Shown: positions 27,557 through 40,700, counted from the first letter of the stretch. The stretch: 64,000 bases of DNA from Yuukianura sp. NJ FZ-2021 (GCA_046563655.1 CM102286.1:14198001-14262000), one strand, 5' to 3'. The notes: generated from the letters alone by a model not told the origin. Translations and numbers: made by a program.

Positions 27557-29374
27557 ATGACTGTGATGGAGAATGACGCTGGTGGCACAAAATGGCACTA
27601 CTTTGTGCAGAAACTTTACACCCACACATCTTATGACATAGGGCAAGGTCATGGACCAAAAAATTCGAAAATGTGAGTTCGTCTACTAAATTTATGGAAA
27701 AAAATCTTTTTAAAAAATTACTGATTGCTTTTATAGAAATTTGGAAAACCCGCCTGCCATCAAATCTTCACAAGTTGACCCTGATGACCTCATTTTCCCG
27801 CCAATTTGTTCCGAGCATGTGGACAGCTTTAGAGCTTCAATTTCAAGTTTGAAGGTCAAAGGTCAAGGGATTGAAGAACCAAAAAATTTGTCACTGATTC
27901 GCCGATATGCTGGAGTTTTATTTGCATTGCTTGCAACAGTAAACTACAGTTTTGCTTCACTTTGTCAAAAGTCGATTCGAGGGTATCATCCGGTCACAAT
28001 CGCAACCTGGAGATTTATGGGTAAATTCTTTCATAAAACTTAAAAAAAAAACTTGCTTTTGTTAACTTTTTTGAAAATTTACTACAGGTTTAATTATACC
28101 TACGGTTCCCATCATGCTCTACCATGTGGCCTATGAGAAGCGACCAATTTTTGATTCTGTTTGGCCGCCAACTGAAGCAACCAAACTCAAAAATATTTTT
28201 TTCCTTACACTCAGAGCCACCGTGGGATCCGCTTGTAAAAAGAAAACAACACCAAATTTTAAAAAAAAATTTTGAAAAAAGCGGGAAACTCAATTTTAAC
28301 TTGGTGAAAATTTAACATTACAGGCATTGTTTTCCAAATTTATGCACTCCAGTACATGGACTTGGCCGATGTCACTGTCATTCTGTGCTCGAGTCCCGTT
28401 TTTATCATTTTCACTGCTAGAATTTTTCTCGGTACTCCAAAAACATTCATTCAGATATTACATAATTATTTATATAATTACATAATTTATATAATTAATA
28501 TTTATATCAAATTGAAAATTGAGATTGAACTTTGAGATTTTTTGACTTCATTTGTAATTTTAAAGGTGAAAAGGCCGGATGGTTTGCCGTCGTCATTTCA
28601 GTTTTTACTGTAACTGGTAAGATTTTAAATAAAATTTAAAAATTCAAAGTTTAAAAAATAAAAAAAAATTATCAAGAATTTTTTTTGTAGGTGTCACTAT
28701 CATCGCTCGCCCACCTCTGCTTACAGGCGAACCAATAGATGAAAACACTGTGGTAAAGTTTTGTTATTCTTTTATATATAAGGGAAATGGATTATAAAAT
28801 TTATGAAATTTGGTTTGACCTTTGACCTTAGCTGGGCATTACGTTTGCCCTGGTTTCTATGCTGCTCGCAACGTTAGCCTATGTCATGATCCGTTACATT
28901 CGTGACGTGCACTACTCTATGATGACCATAAGCTACGGAGTTGTATCCACTGTGCAATGCATCGCAGTGTCACTTGTGATTGGTGCATTTGAATTTCCAA
29001 AAACAGGGATAGAGTGGGCCTACTTCGCGGGTCTTCTGGCTGCAACTTGGGGTGGCCAAACTGCCTTAGTTGTGGCACTCCAACTGGAGCAGTGCGGAGT
29101 TGTGTCGCTTATTAACAGCTTAGACAGTTGTTTTGCCTTTGTTCTACAGTTTGTCTTCCTCGGAGTCATTCCAGACAAGTACAGGTCAGTAGAGAGGTCA
29201 ATGACCTTGTTTGAAAAAAAACTTTGACCTTCGACCTCTTTGTTTTCAAATTTAACCCTCATTGGAGCTTCCATCATTGTGAGCAGCGTTTTAGTTACAA
29301 CACTGAGAAAATACGTCGCCACTCTTCCAGAAGACAACAAAATCCGACAGCGATTCAGACTAATTTTGAAATAA
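27557..29374 (+). CDS. SLC35G1-like (EamA/DMT) transporter, copy 1; final acceptor is non-canonical (AC)
   Basis: RRYAGVLFALLAT, YALQYMDLAD...SSPVF...ARIFLGEK, ARPPLLTG, ALQLEQCGVVSL...FAFVLQFVFLGVIPDKYSLIGA. Exon structure is colinear with copy 2. Confidence 0.85.
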
Positions 29375-30050
29375 AAATGAAAATCTTATACAATTAAATG
29401 TTTTGACTTTGAGGTATTAAAACCAAAAAATTCGATTCAAATTTCATTTCTCAATCCATTCATTTAATTTTTTTTGTGGGAGGGAAACTCGTGTTCCATG
29501 ATTCTAACGATTTTCGTGTTAAATTTTTTTTTCAACTTTTGACGTTTAGATTTGTCGGAGCTTTAATAAACTTGATTTCAATCGCAATCATACGCCATCA
29601 TTCTGTTTTTGAAATAAAGTTTACATAAAAACAAAAACAGTTACAGAAAATGAACTTTCAGTAAATTGAAAGTTTGAAAACCTTGAAATTATTTTTATTA
29701 CCTTTTCTGTTATGCTTAAGAAGAATTTGTGATTTTAAGATATGCTAGAGCAGGATTTTGGAAAATTTCTTGACACTTTTCAAAAAGTTTATTTGCCCAT
29801 TTTTCCTGATGTAAAACTTTCATTTCCAGTTTTGACCAACTTGGTGAAATTCAACACCACCACAAAAGACGTTGGAATCGAAAAACAATTGAAGTAAAGC
29901 CTTGAACTGATGCAATGACGATTCCATTTCCATTGATATAAATATCTGGACACGCCTGTATTTTCTGTACCTTGCATTTCTCACACAACCATTCGGAAAT
30001 TCAAAAACCGAATTTTTGTGTTGAAAACTTTTGAAAACAGTTTTTAAAAA

Positions 30051-31903
30051 ATGAATGTACCAGATTGTGGCCCTGGTGAGACGCGATGGAAGTACTTCAT
30101 GAAGAGAGTCTACCCCCAGGCATCCTACGACTTTGGTCAAGGTCACCTGAAGCGAGCGACCAAAATGTAAGTTTTTGAAAAAAAAATTGAGAAATTTTAT
30201 GAAAGTTTGAACAGTTTCGTGTTGATTGACCTTGACAGAAGTGTGACCGAGCCTTATGCCGTAGCTGCATCAAAACTTGATCCAGAAGATGATGATCCGG
30301 ATGACCTAATTTTTTCGCCTATAATTTCTGCTCAAGTGGATACTATTAGTAAACACAGGGCGTCTATAAGTAGTCTAAAAATCAAAGGAAAAGGAACAGA
30401 AGAAGACAAGAATTTGTCAATTATCAGAAGATATGCTGGAATTCTATTTGCACTGTTTGCTACATTCAGTTACAGTTTGGCAACACTCATTCTAAAACTG
30501 TTTGAACAGTACCATCCATTCACAATCTCCATTTGGAGATTTCAAGGTACAACACAAAAATTCTCACTTTCAATTGAAATTTTGAGAAATTTTGGAATTT
30601 TAGGAATGATCTTACCATCAATACCAATCATCATGTTTCACATGTGTTATGAAAAGAAGCCAGTTTTCAGCGGAATTTGGCCTCCAAAGGAAGTTCGGAC
30701 GCTCAAAAATATTTTTTTCATTACGATGAGATCAATCATTGGATGTTCCAGTAAAATATTCAAAATTTTGAAAATTTTTTGAATTTCTTCTAAAAAGTGT
30801 GTTTTGAATTTTACAGGCACCGTTTTGCAAATTTATGCCCTTCAGTATATGAATCTAGCTGATGCGAGTGTCATCGTCTACTCCAGTCCAGTTTTTGTTC
30901 TTTTCGTTGCACGCATTTTTCTAGGTAGAATCAACAAGCATGACACCTTTGACCTTTTAAATTTTCAGTTGACCTTTGACCCCTAGTGCAAAAAATTGAT
31001 ATATATGCGTGTCAATGTACAATTTTAAATTTTTTTTGTGTGATTTCACAGGTGAGAAGGCCGGGTATTTTGCAATTGTCATTGCAATGTTCACTCTGAT
31101 AGGTTAGTAGCATTTGTTCAAAAAAAAAATCTTCAAATTTTTTTTTAGCAAAAACTCAAAACTTGTGTAACTTTTTTGATTTTTCGATAGGTGTGGCTGT
31201 TATCGCTCGTCCACCAATGCTCACTGGTGAACCGATAGATCAAAACACGCTGGTAAATTATAAAATTTCAAAATTTATGAATTTTAGATTAAATTAATAG
31301 CTTAGTTTATATGAAATTATGATTTGACCTTTGACCTCAGCTAGGAATCGGGTTTGCCCTAGCATGCATGCTAACAGCAACGTTAGTTTACGTTATTTTG
31401 CGCTACCTGCGTGAAGTGCACTACTCCGTTGTCACCTTGTGCTACGGCATAGAGGGCACCATCCAATGCCTCATTTTGGCATTTGCTATTGGAGTATTTG
31501 AATTTCCCAGAAGTAATTTAGAATGGAGTCTCCTGATTGGTCTAATCATGTTCACGTGGGGTGGTCAAACCGCACTCATTTTGGCGCTACAACTTGAACA
31601 GTGTGGAATCGTCTCACTCATCAACAGTCTCGACACTTGCTTCGCCTTTGTGCTCCAATTCATATTTCTCGGTGTTGTGCCAGACAAATACAGGTAATTT
31701 TCAGGTCATTCACCACATGAGAAAGGTCAATGACCTTTAGAAATTACTACTAGTGACCTCTTGACCTTTAACTTCTAAATTTCAGCCTAATCGGAGCATC
31801 GATCGTTGTAACGGGCGTAATTGCAACGACATTTCGGAAATACATTGCAAATCTACCAGAAGACAACGCCATCAGAAAAAGATTTTCGCTACTTTTAAAA
31901 TAA
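30051..31903 (+). CDS. SLC35G1-like (EamA/DMT) transporter, copy 2
   Basis: RRYAGILFALFAT, YALQYMNLADASVIVYSSPVFVLFVARIFLGEK, ALQLEQCGIVSL...VPDKYSLIGASIV; canonical GT-AG introns. Confidence 0.9.
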
Positions 31904-32468
31904 ATCTATTCCCGAGATGCTCTAAAATTGCACATTTTTAGTATTTAAAAAAATAATAACAGTATTAACATGTTGTACATAAAATTTAATTTTTTTTTCC
32001 AAAAAAAAAGTTCGGCCTGTGGGAGTCGAACTCCCAGAGTTGTAAATCAGAGTAATTTTCAATTGTGTGAATGAGCTTACAGGCCAGTTTGTGTTTGCTG
32101 TCAGATTTGCAATCATTGGCCAAACTCTCTCAGCAAATTTTTTCTCATTTTGTAAGTACAATGCTATCCTTTGTGCACGATTTTTTTCGTTCTGTACACC
32201 TACTTACCTCAATTTTGAAAAGTTATAGGCTTACACTATAGTACTAGTCTAAAGCGGTTTTTCACACCTCCAAAAGTGTTACAGTACAGAGGGGGACCTA
32301 CATTGTCATTTCAGATTCAGTTCAGATTGTGTGGATATGACTGTATCAGTAAACTTTTGAATTGGAATCGAGTGCGTCAATTGCTAATTCAGCAATTAGA
32401 AACTTCAGATTTTAGTTCATCCTATTTGGGAACAACATTTTAGAAATTTTGAAATTCGGAAGTTCAAA

Positions 32469-33250
32469 ATGGCCAGATTTTTTCGTGAACAGGATATTGA
32501 TGGTAAGTGACAAAGGGAATACAATATTTAAAAATGTTTTGAAATTTGAGTTTTAAAATGTAAATTAAAATATAAAATGCGTAATTTTTGTGTAGAGTTC
32601 AGGGAATGTTTCTACTTGAATGCAAGAAATGGAGTGATCAAATCCTTGGATGAACTTTGTTTAATCATGAGATCACTCGGTATGAGTCCAACCATTGCTG
32701 AACTCAAAAAGTATCTCAAAGACAAAGGTAAACTTTTAAAAAAGCACGTTTTTTTTTCCCCAAAATTTGGAATTTTAAAAACTTTTTGTTGCTTTGGTTT
32801 CAACTTTTCTGTAGGCGGGAAGATGACCTTTGCAGATTTTCTAGAAACTTTGCACAAACACAACCAAGTAGAAAAAATTCCAGATGAAATTCTAGAGGCT
32901 TTCAAAGCCGCTGATACAAACAATAGAGGTTAGTATTTAGGTATTTTGTCAAAATTTTGGAATTTGTATACCGAAATTTAAAATTTTTGAATTTTTAGGA
33001 GTAATTCCAGCAAAAGAATTGAAACATATTCTTGGAAAATGGGGAGAAAAATTGAGCGGAAGAGAAAGTAAGACAGAGGAAAGTTTTTTTCGTTTTCAGT
33101 TTTTCAGTAATCGAAAGTAGACTAAAAAGTGGAAATTTTGAAATTTTAGTTGACCAAATTTTTCGAGAAGCAAACGTAAGTTCAACTGGACTTGTCAAGT
33201 ATAAAGATTTTGTCCGAATCGTTTGTGCGCCGGCTCCAGACTACTACTAA
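32469..33250 (+). CDS. CALML4: Calmodulin-like protein 4, 5 exons
   Basis: MARFFREQDIDEFRECFYLNAR...IMRSLGMSPTIAEL...GKMTFADFL...WGEKLSGREIDQIFREANV...VKYKDFVRIVCAPAPDYY, the typical CALML4 N- and C-termini. Confidence 0.92.
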
Positions 33251-33474
33251 CGATAGGATTTGGACGGATCACGCGCATGCGCAGATTATCCATAATGTAC
33301 ATGATTCGCCGCTATTAATTATACCATTCTGAAAAACTTTTTACTCAAATTTTGATTGTTAAAGAATAAATTTCATCATATCAGAGATTTTCTGGATGTT
33401 TAGTCAATTAGTTTTGACTTGTAATCGTCACCAACAAATTCTTGAGTGACCTTTGACTTGTCATTGACATCAAC

Positions 33475-33621
33475 CAAACTCATAGACATGTAGACACCAT
33501 CAGGTTCTTATCCAAATTTTCTATAATTTCTCGTTCCAACTCCCGAAATGACTGCGATTTTGGTACTTCCATGTTCATACTTGGCAATACTCTCTGCCTC
33601 TTTCGTCAACAGCATACCGAA
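33475..33621 (-). pseudogene. Degenerate ~147-bp duplicate of the ELP3 3' coding end
   Basis: Aligns to 35336-35485 (shared core tttctcgttccaactcccgaaatgactgcgattttggtacttccatgttcatacttggcaata). Translates [45 protein letters not shown], with a one-codon deletion and an in-frame stop. Confidence 0.9.
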
Positions 33622-34290
33622 GACTTTTCTGTTGAGCGGAAAGTTTTATGTTCTAAAAATTGCAGAAATTCCTACAAGGTCCTTAGGGCTCTGAATTTCA
33701 ATTGTTATAAAAATAAAATTTGGGTTGGATGCTTCGGAAACAAAGGAAAATGGGGAGGAAAGTGTTAGAAATGAAGTGGGTACTTGAAGTACTCACTTCA
33801 TTTCTAAAATTTCTTCCTAAGCTAAGGTGCAAAATTTCAAAAAAAATTGGAATTTGCGTTTCTGTGCGGTCAGAAGTCAGTTGTGTGTGTATCTTCTGCT
33901 AGCATTTCTTAATTACAATTTGCCATTGTAAGTAATAAGCAAGTTGAGCCACAAGTTGTGACTCAAGGTCAGCATTTCAAATTCCGAAAGGACATTTCAT
34001 AATTTGGAAAAATTACTATGGTGAGCGAAATAACCAAGTAGCCTTATCCAGTATTAAATTAGCGTCATACATTAGTTCAGTAGGAAAATCTATCATGTAG
34101 TAGGAGGGGGGTATTTTTCGATAACTTCAGTTTTACCTTGACTTTTTTTAATACTAACTCCAAGTTAACTTATAAGTCCAGGAAAATGATGAAAGGCGTT
34201 TCATTTCGTTTTTCGAGTCAGAAGTTGTAGCATTCGTTGTTAAGGTAATAAAAGTCCAAAAGCGAAATTTTTCGTTTCCAATTTGAAAAC

Positions 34291-35138
34291 ATGGCTCTGC
34301 ATGCGCTGCTTCCGTTACACAATCTTGACAAGTACTTGACCCCGCTGGACTCCGAAGTCTTAGACTACGCACTCAAAGTAAGTAAATCCAAATATTGGAT
34401 CAGCGCCAATTCCACCAATCACGCCCGTCCAAATTGTGACGCATCTTAGTTCAAGGTCGTCTCTTAACAGCCAAAGAAAATTTTCATTTTTGGGTTAAAT
34501 TTTCATTTGTATTTTAATTCAGAATTTGAATTTATTTGTTTCAGAACATGGGCGTGGAGGGTGAAGGCACTGTAGCCAAGCAGAAACTAGAATCTGCCAT
34601 CAAGGAAGCAATCCATCTACAATCATTTGCATTTTACGGCTACCTGCAAGCCGCTGCACTTCCAACAACTAGTGCCGAGGAAATGTCGGCGAAACTACGC
34701 ATCGTTCAGGAACGTCGCCGTGACCTTGAGGGGGCTGTGACGGACTATAATGCGCTCATCAACGTGTATTTTCACGTGCTCAACGACTTGGCTGGTAAGC
34801 AGGATTTTTTAGTATGAACATGTAAAATTAAATTATGAAAATCGGTTACGGTAAAAATAACTTGCATGCATTGTACCACACTGCGTAACCAACGTTTTTT
34901 TTTAAAAGTTTTGTATGAAATTCGAGGTTACTTACAATGTAATTCTTACGTTGGGTGATGATTTTTTTATGTTTTCTCCACGTAAATGTAATCACCCGGC
35001 TTAACAACATAACAGGGTGGTTACAAAAATGCGTGTGGTTGCAATCAATGCAATTTAGGATTACCTCAATCGAAAAAAGCTGGCTATCATTTAATATAGA
35101 AATTCTTTAAATTAATTTCAGCTGGCATCTCCACTTAG
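34291..35138 (+). CDS. Uncharacterised small helical protein, family member A (~117 aa); exons 34291-34377, 34545-34794, 35122-35138
   Basis: In-phase GT-AG junctions (AAA|gtaagt...tttcag|AAC; G|gtaagc...tttcag|CT). Gap-free similarity to the ORFs at 40701 and 41847. Confidence 0.7.
34842..35073. mobile_element. Degenerate MITE-like inverted-repeat insertion in the intron of family member A
   Basis: Nested imperfect inverted repeats: tcggttacggtaa/ttacctcaatcga, ttgcatgcattgtaccacac/gtgtggttgcaatcaatgcaa, gtaacca/tggttac. No clear TSD. Confidence 0.4.
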
Positions 35139-35308
35139 GATCACCGAAAAAAATCAAAATCACTCACTGTGTCAAGGTTCACATTAAATTAAAAATTTTT
35201 CTGGAGGTATAATTAATGAGTATCTCAAATTAGTCTTTAATAAAATCGAATTGGCTTTACATAAAAATATTCCAGATTAATTCAACTCAGAATTAACGTT
35301 TGTTAAAA

Positions 35309-37247
35309 CTAGAAAAGTTCATTTCTTAGTCTTGTCAAACTCTTTGACATGTAGACACCATCAAGGTCATATCCGAGCTTTCTATAATAATTTCTCGTTC
35401 CAACTCCCGAAATGACTGCGATTTTGGTACTTCCATGTTCATACTTGGCAATATTCTCTGCCTCTTCCATCAACAGCGTACCGAATCCCTGATGTTGAAA
35501 CTTCCTTGGATTCTTGGAGTGAACTTCCACTGCAGATCCATAGACATGCAACTCACGAACAATAGAGCACCGGCCTTTCAACTCTGGACGAAAAGTCTCT
35601 TCTGAGCATTTGCGCAGACGCAGGAGTCCAATGAGGATGTCCTGATTCGGGTCTTCGTAAGATAGAAACGTTTCCCACCCACCGTTGGCCCAGTAGTCTC
35701 GTCTGATTAGTTCAACCTAACAAGAGAGAAAAATGATTGATAAAAGATTCTTGGTTTACAATTTGAAATTGGCGGGAAAAAACTGAACTTACGTCATTGG
35801 GTCGAATTTTGTTATGAATTTCCTGAATTCCGACTTCACGAGTTCGGACGTCTTTGCATTCCAATCCAAGATCTTTCATGCGAGCAAGTGCCAGTTCTCG
35901 GAGGTTACCGTACTCAACTCCAGACGAAACCAGTGGCATAGGGATGTCACGTTGTACACGATAAACTCTGGTCCATGGAGGTACAAGCGACAAAATGTAG
36001 GCCACAAGGTCAACTAAAGCATTTGGTGGGTATGACTTGTAACGTCCCGACTTCCAAAGTTCATAGAGACCGGTTCCACGGATGACCAGAGTTGGATATA
36101 ACTTCATGCCGTCGGGCCGGAAGTCTGGATTTTCAAAAAGTTCCTGAAAATGACCATTTCAACAATTAGCAATTCAAAAATGAAGTCAAAGTGTTTGTCT
36201 TACAGCAAACTGAAGCTCGTCTCGCTCCCACCCAACGTTTGGCAAATCCGGCATCATGTGTGTGACGACCTTGAATCCACAATCTTTCGATAGTTTGAAA
36301 CTTTCACAAACGGCTCGTACCGTGTGACCTCTGTTGGTATCTCGGGCGACATCTTCATAGACCGACTGCACTCCAATTTCAAGTCTCGTGCATCCATAGT
36401 TCAGCATGTCACTCAAATGTCTCTTTAGACAGTAATCCGGACGTGTTTCAATTGTAATCCCAATGCATTTGGTCCTAGATCGCTCCGAATAGTGAACAGC
36501 CTCTGCAACGTTCTCAGAAGTGTGACCCGAAAGAGCATCATGCAGATTTCGAATAAAGTAGTCTCGGTAGTCTTCAGGCAAAGACATAAACGTTCCACCC
36601 ATGACGATAAACTCGACCTTGTCCACGGGATGTCCAAGTTGTTTCAATTGATCCACTCTGTGACGCGTCTGAAGATAAGGATTATAACGATCTCGAATGG
36701 CTCTCATTGAAGTTGGTTCATATCCGGTATAAGATTGTGTAGAATATTCAAAATCGGAATCCGGTCCACCGGGACAGTACACACAAATGTTGCCAGTCAT
36801 GCTAATATGAGGGCATCGATGAGGCTTGCACATGACAGCAACGACTGCGATCTAGAGAATCAATTGAAATGAGTTAATTGATCGATTAAAGAAGATCAAT
36901 TGGCAACTTTACCCCACTAGCAGTCCTAACTGGTTTTGCTTTAATCTTTGGATACAAATATTTTCGATGTTCGATCGGAACAGCAGCAATGATGTCAACT
37001 AAACGAGGCGATGACGACAGCCCATATTTAGCGGAAATTCGGGTATTTCTTTTTGCCATTGATTCTGGTTTTTTGTTTGGGTCTTCGCTAATTAACTCCT
37101 GGACAATTTCCCCAATGGCCATGATCAGTCGCTGACTCTGAGGAATGGCCGCTAGCGCCGGATCTATCAACAAAAGATCGTTCATTAATCGATTAAGTAA
37201 AACATACAAAAATTGTAACTACCTTTCATCTTTGTTCGGAGAACCAT
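35309..37247 (-). CDS. Elp3: Elongator complex protein 3 (radical SAM + acetyltransferase); exons 37247-37223, 37163-36913, 36851-36204, 36143-35793, 35716-35309
   Basis: [24 protein letters not shown]...[40 protein letters not shown]...[24 protein letters not shown]. Confidence 0.97.
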
Positions 37248-38168
37248 TATGTTTGCAGGTCAGAAATGTCGCCAACCAGGAATCCCGATAACCTTTGGCT
37301 TTGACACAAATCAAGATCAATTTTAATTAACCGAAATAACTAATTTTTAACAAAATATGCAATTTATAAAAAAAAACAATGCAGAAAAACACATAAAAAG
37401 CCAAAAGTGTTCAAAAAATATGTTTGCGAACATTTGAATTTTAGTTTCCTGCCACACAGAAACCCACGCCAAACGTCACTTTCTTATCAATATGAAAAAT
37501 TTTCGGTTCCGTTCACAGAACTTTTAATTAAATACTTTACAATTTGTATAAATTTTAACATAACTAAATACTTTGTTTTATTTAATGATGGATGATTTAA
37601 TTATCATTCTCATTCAAAACTGTTTCATAAACGTTTACATTGTTTACTGGACACTGTTTTTAAACAATTCCTATTAAATTTGTAGATTCCCGAAAGGAAT
37701 TGTTCTGATGTAATTTTTGTTGGTACTTCCGCTATGATTTGCATTTGAATTGATTCTTCTCCGAGAATAACATGTTGAGCAGACACACAAATAACAAATT
37801 GAAAACTGCTAACCACCGAAAAATTTACAGTTAATTAGCAAATACTTGTCATTTTGATGCACTTGGTCGAAGTCACGAGGTTCCATGCTAAAAACTCATA
37901 GTCTACGTTTCATTGTCTTTAACCTCATAAAAAAAAGTTACAAAAAATTTCGAAAACAATCACATTGTGTCAATTTAGACTCCAAAGTTATATCACACTT
38001 CAGAATTACAAAATTAAACCAAAACCGCAATATTCCTCTCCATTACCACATACATACGCAAGCTAGATCATGGAAGGAAATGCGGAAACACGTACACTAC
38101 GTCAATTCATTCCGTAAACTGTCAAAAAGTTAAGTTTGTACTTAGATTTAAAGTTAGTTTTTAAAACA

Positions 38169-39895
38169 ATGGAAGAATTTTTGGCGGGAAGTGACAATCA
38201 CAGTGCAGTTATTCAAAATATAACAAAAATTGATCATCTCGCGTTTACAATTTTCCGTGGACTGTACAATGTTAACGATTTAAAAAAGTTGCAAATGTTT
38301 ACTGACGACGTGAATGGATTTAGTTTAGACAAATTAGTGGCCCAGAACAGGTATCGCCTTGTTGTCATGGGCTACATGTCACTTTTTGTGATCTGCGCAG
38401 GACTGGTAGGGAATGGGATCAACGCATGCGTGTTATCGCATCGCAAGATGCGCCATCTACCGATCAATTGTCTCTTTCTTGGTCTCTCTTTTTCCGATTC
38501 GTTTTTGTTACTCGTTCTTAGTTTTTTAGCAATTCCGACAATTTTGTCGTACTACGAAATCGTTGACTACACAACTTCAGCATACGCCTTAGGAATTCCT
38601 GTTCTCTACGTCCTATTCTTCGTTGGTAAGAAAAACTAGCATAAAACTTAGGTAAAACATACAGTAATCTGTAATCTAAATTAATCAAAACCTAACGTAT
38701 AATGATTTTTAACAATTTTTGTTAAATTTTCAGCCCATACAATGTCCGTGTTTTTCATTTTGTTGGTGACTTTTGAGCGGTACATGGCTGTTTGTCATCC
38801 ACTCAAACCAAGACTGTTGTGCAGCCCCAAACGCGTTTTAGTTGCGTCAATTGTTGTCGCCGTTGCGTCATTTCTGCTTAACAGTGCTCGATGGCTGGAA
38901 TTTACCGTCGTACAACGCAGACGCAACGTAGCAGGCCGGTCAGAGGTCGAGTACATTCCAGTAACGACAGAGTTGCGCCAAAATCCAAATTATGAAAAAT
39001 ACATTCTGCTCAACTATGTCATTCTCAACTGGTTACTGCCCATCGTCACTACGTTTGTTCTCAACTGCTTGATCCTCAGGCGGGTAAATTCAAAATTCAA
39101 AATTGAAATTTTAAATTATATTTAAAAAGTTACTTTTTTCCGCTCTTTCCGAACAAGGTTCGTAAACAAAAAAACTTGTTCTACACCAGGTTGTCCAATA
39201 ACTGGAAGTTTTAAAATTTGTTTGAAAATAACAAAATCTGCCTTTCTATGTTTTTTTTTCATGTAATGTAAATGGGATTGGTGCAGAAATTTGTTGAAAG
39301 TAAATTTTTTTGGGAACCCTGAGGTATTGGACAACCTGTTGTAGCAGTTACAGTTTGGTTGTCAAAGAACTATGCTTTCAGATTTACTTGGCCAATAAGG
39401 AGCGTCAACATTTGTCCCAAATGCAGAAGAACGAGAATCAGTTGTCCATGACGCTTTTGATTGTGGTTGCGGTGTTTTTGGCTTGTCTCTGTTCATTGTT
39501 AACATTGTGGCCAAACCTTTGACCGGGTCAACAGCAGTATTTGGTGTGGATTCGTTTAGAAACTTCCTTTGGATTCTCAATGCTTCTATTAACTTTACAA
39601 TCTACTGTGCCTATGGCAAGAAATTCAGAGAAGTATTTCTAGAACTAATGAAAAATGCTTGGATTTGGGTTCTCACTTTACCTCAAAAACAACGCTCATT
39701 TTGGTAACTAAACTAACTTAAGTTTAAAATAACCACAATTAATCTAACAAGATCTCAATTAACTCAAATTCAAACAGGAGGCGTGGTTCAGTGCCAATTC
39801 CGAGAAGAACGGCCGTATTTTATGGAAATCTGACAGAGTCAATTTCTGCCGTCACCGACAGCGGACACTACTCGGAAGAAATCGTACAAAGTTAA
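38169..39895 (+). pseudogene. FMRFamide-receptor-like class A GPCR with a frameshift in TM6; exons 38169-38625, 38734-39083, 39382-39703, 39778-39895
   Basis: GLVGN, LSFSD, TFERYMAVCHPL, RWLEF, TELRQNPNY, LNASINFTIYC..GKKFR. The frame breaks after VAVFLAC (~39486), and TM6-end/TM7 continue in another frame (ORF 39483). Could instead be an assembly indel. Confidence 0.75.
39153..39374. mobile_element. hAT-like MITE, copy 1 (in GPCR intron 2)
   Basis: Highly similar to 40085-40320; internal inverted repeat caggttgtccaata/tattggacaacctg; 8-bp flanks ctttccga/ctttcaga (7/8). Confidence 0.75.
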
Positions 39896-40084
39896 CGTTA
39901 ATTTCAAAGCTTTTATTATAATTAGTTACTTATAATTTTTCTATAATTAACAACGAAATTATATTAGAATTAAAGGCATCATCTCGCCTACGAGGTTTTG
40001 CTTTGGCTTATGAAGATGAAAATGCTTCTTTTTTTTGTTTTAGAATTTTTTTACTGGTTTAGGACACCCGTCAAAAGGAATACC

Positions 40085-40320
40085 CAAAAGTTCGTAAACA
40101 AAAAAAAAACTTTTTCTACACCAGGTTGTCCAATAACTGGAAGTTTTAAAATTTATTTGAAAATAGCAAATCAGCCTTTCTATGGAAATCTTCTGCATGT
40201 AATGTAAATGGGACTGGTGCAGTGTTTGAATATATTGTAAAATAAGTAATTTTTTTTGGAACCCCTGAGGTATTGGACAACCTGTTGTAGACGTTACAAT
40301 TCGGTTGTCAACGAACTTAG
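40085..40320. mobile_element. hAT-like MITE, copy 2
   Basis: Termini aagttcgtaaacaa/ttgtcaacgaactt; same internal inverted repeat; 8-bp flanks ggaatacc/ggaaaacc (7/8). Confidence 0.75.
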
Positions 40321-40700
40321 GGAAAACCCCCAGGCTATGGATTTGAAGTTGGATTTCCTGTTCAATTTCAAGTTGTTCCAATTGTTTGATTTAAAAATAA
40401 AATTCGGTACATGGGTTAAGGCTAATGTTGAACCGTTTGGAACGAATATTGAAAAACCTAAAAACGAAGGAGCACTTTGAATTTCGGAATTCCGAAATTT
40501 TTCTACTAAAATTCCCTCCTTACACTTTGGTTCAAGTTTTTAGTCTTTGACTTTTTCCCGTTAGGTCTAAACTCGTTAGGTTAGGTTAGGTTTTGGTTCA
40601 AAACTTCCAAAGTTTGTTATATTACGCTCGTTTGTACTGAAAATCATTCCTATTTTTTAGCCAGTTTGTTAGTTTCACTTTTTTAAATTGACTTTAGAAA

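Noticed and set aside
40576..40592. (TTAGG)3 telomere-like tract (also ~42441)
   Set aside because: Too short for an interstitial telomere; such tracts occur inside the MITEs here.
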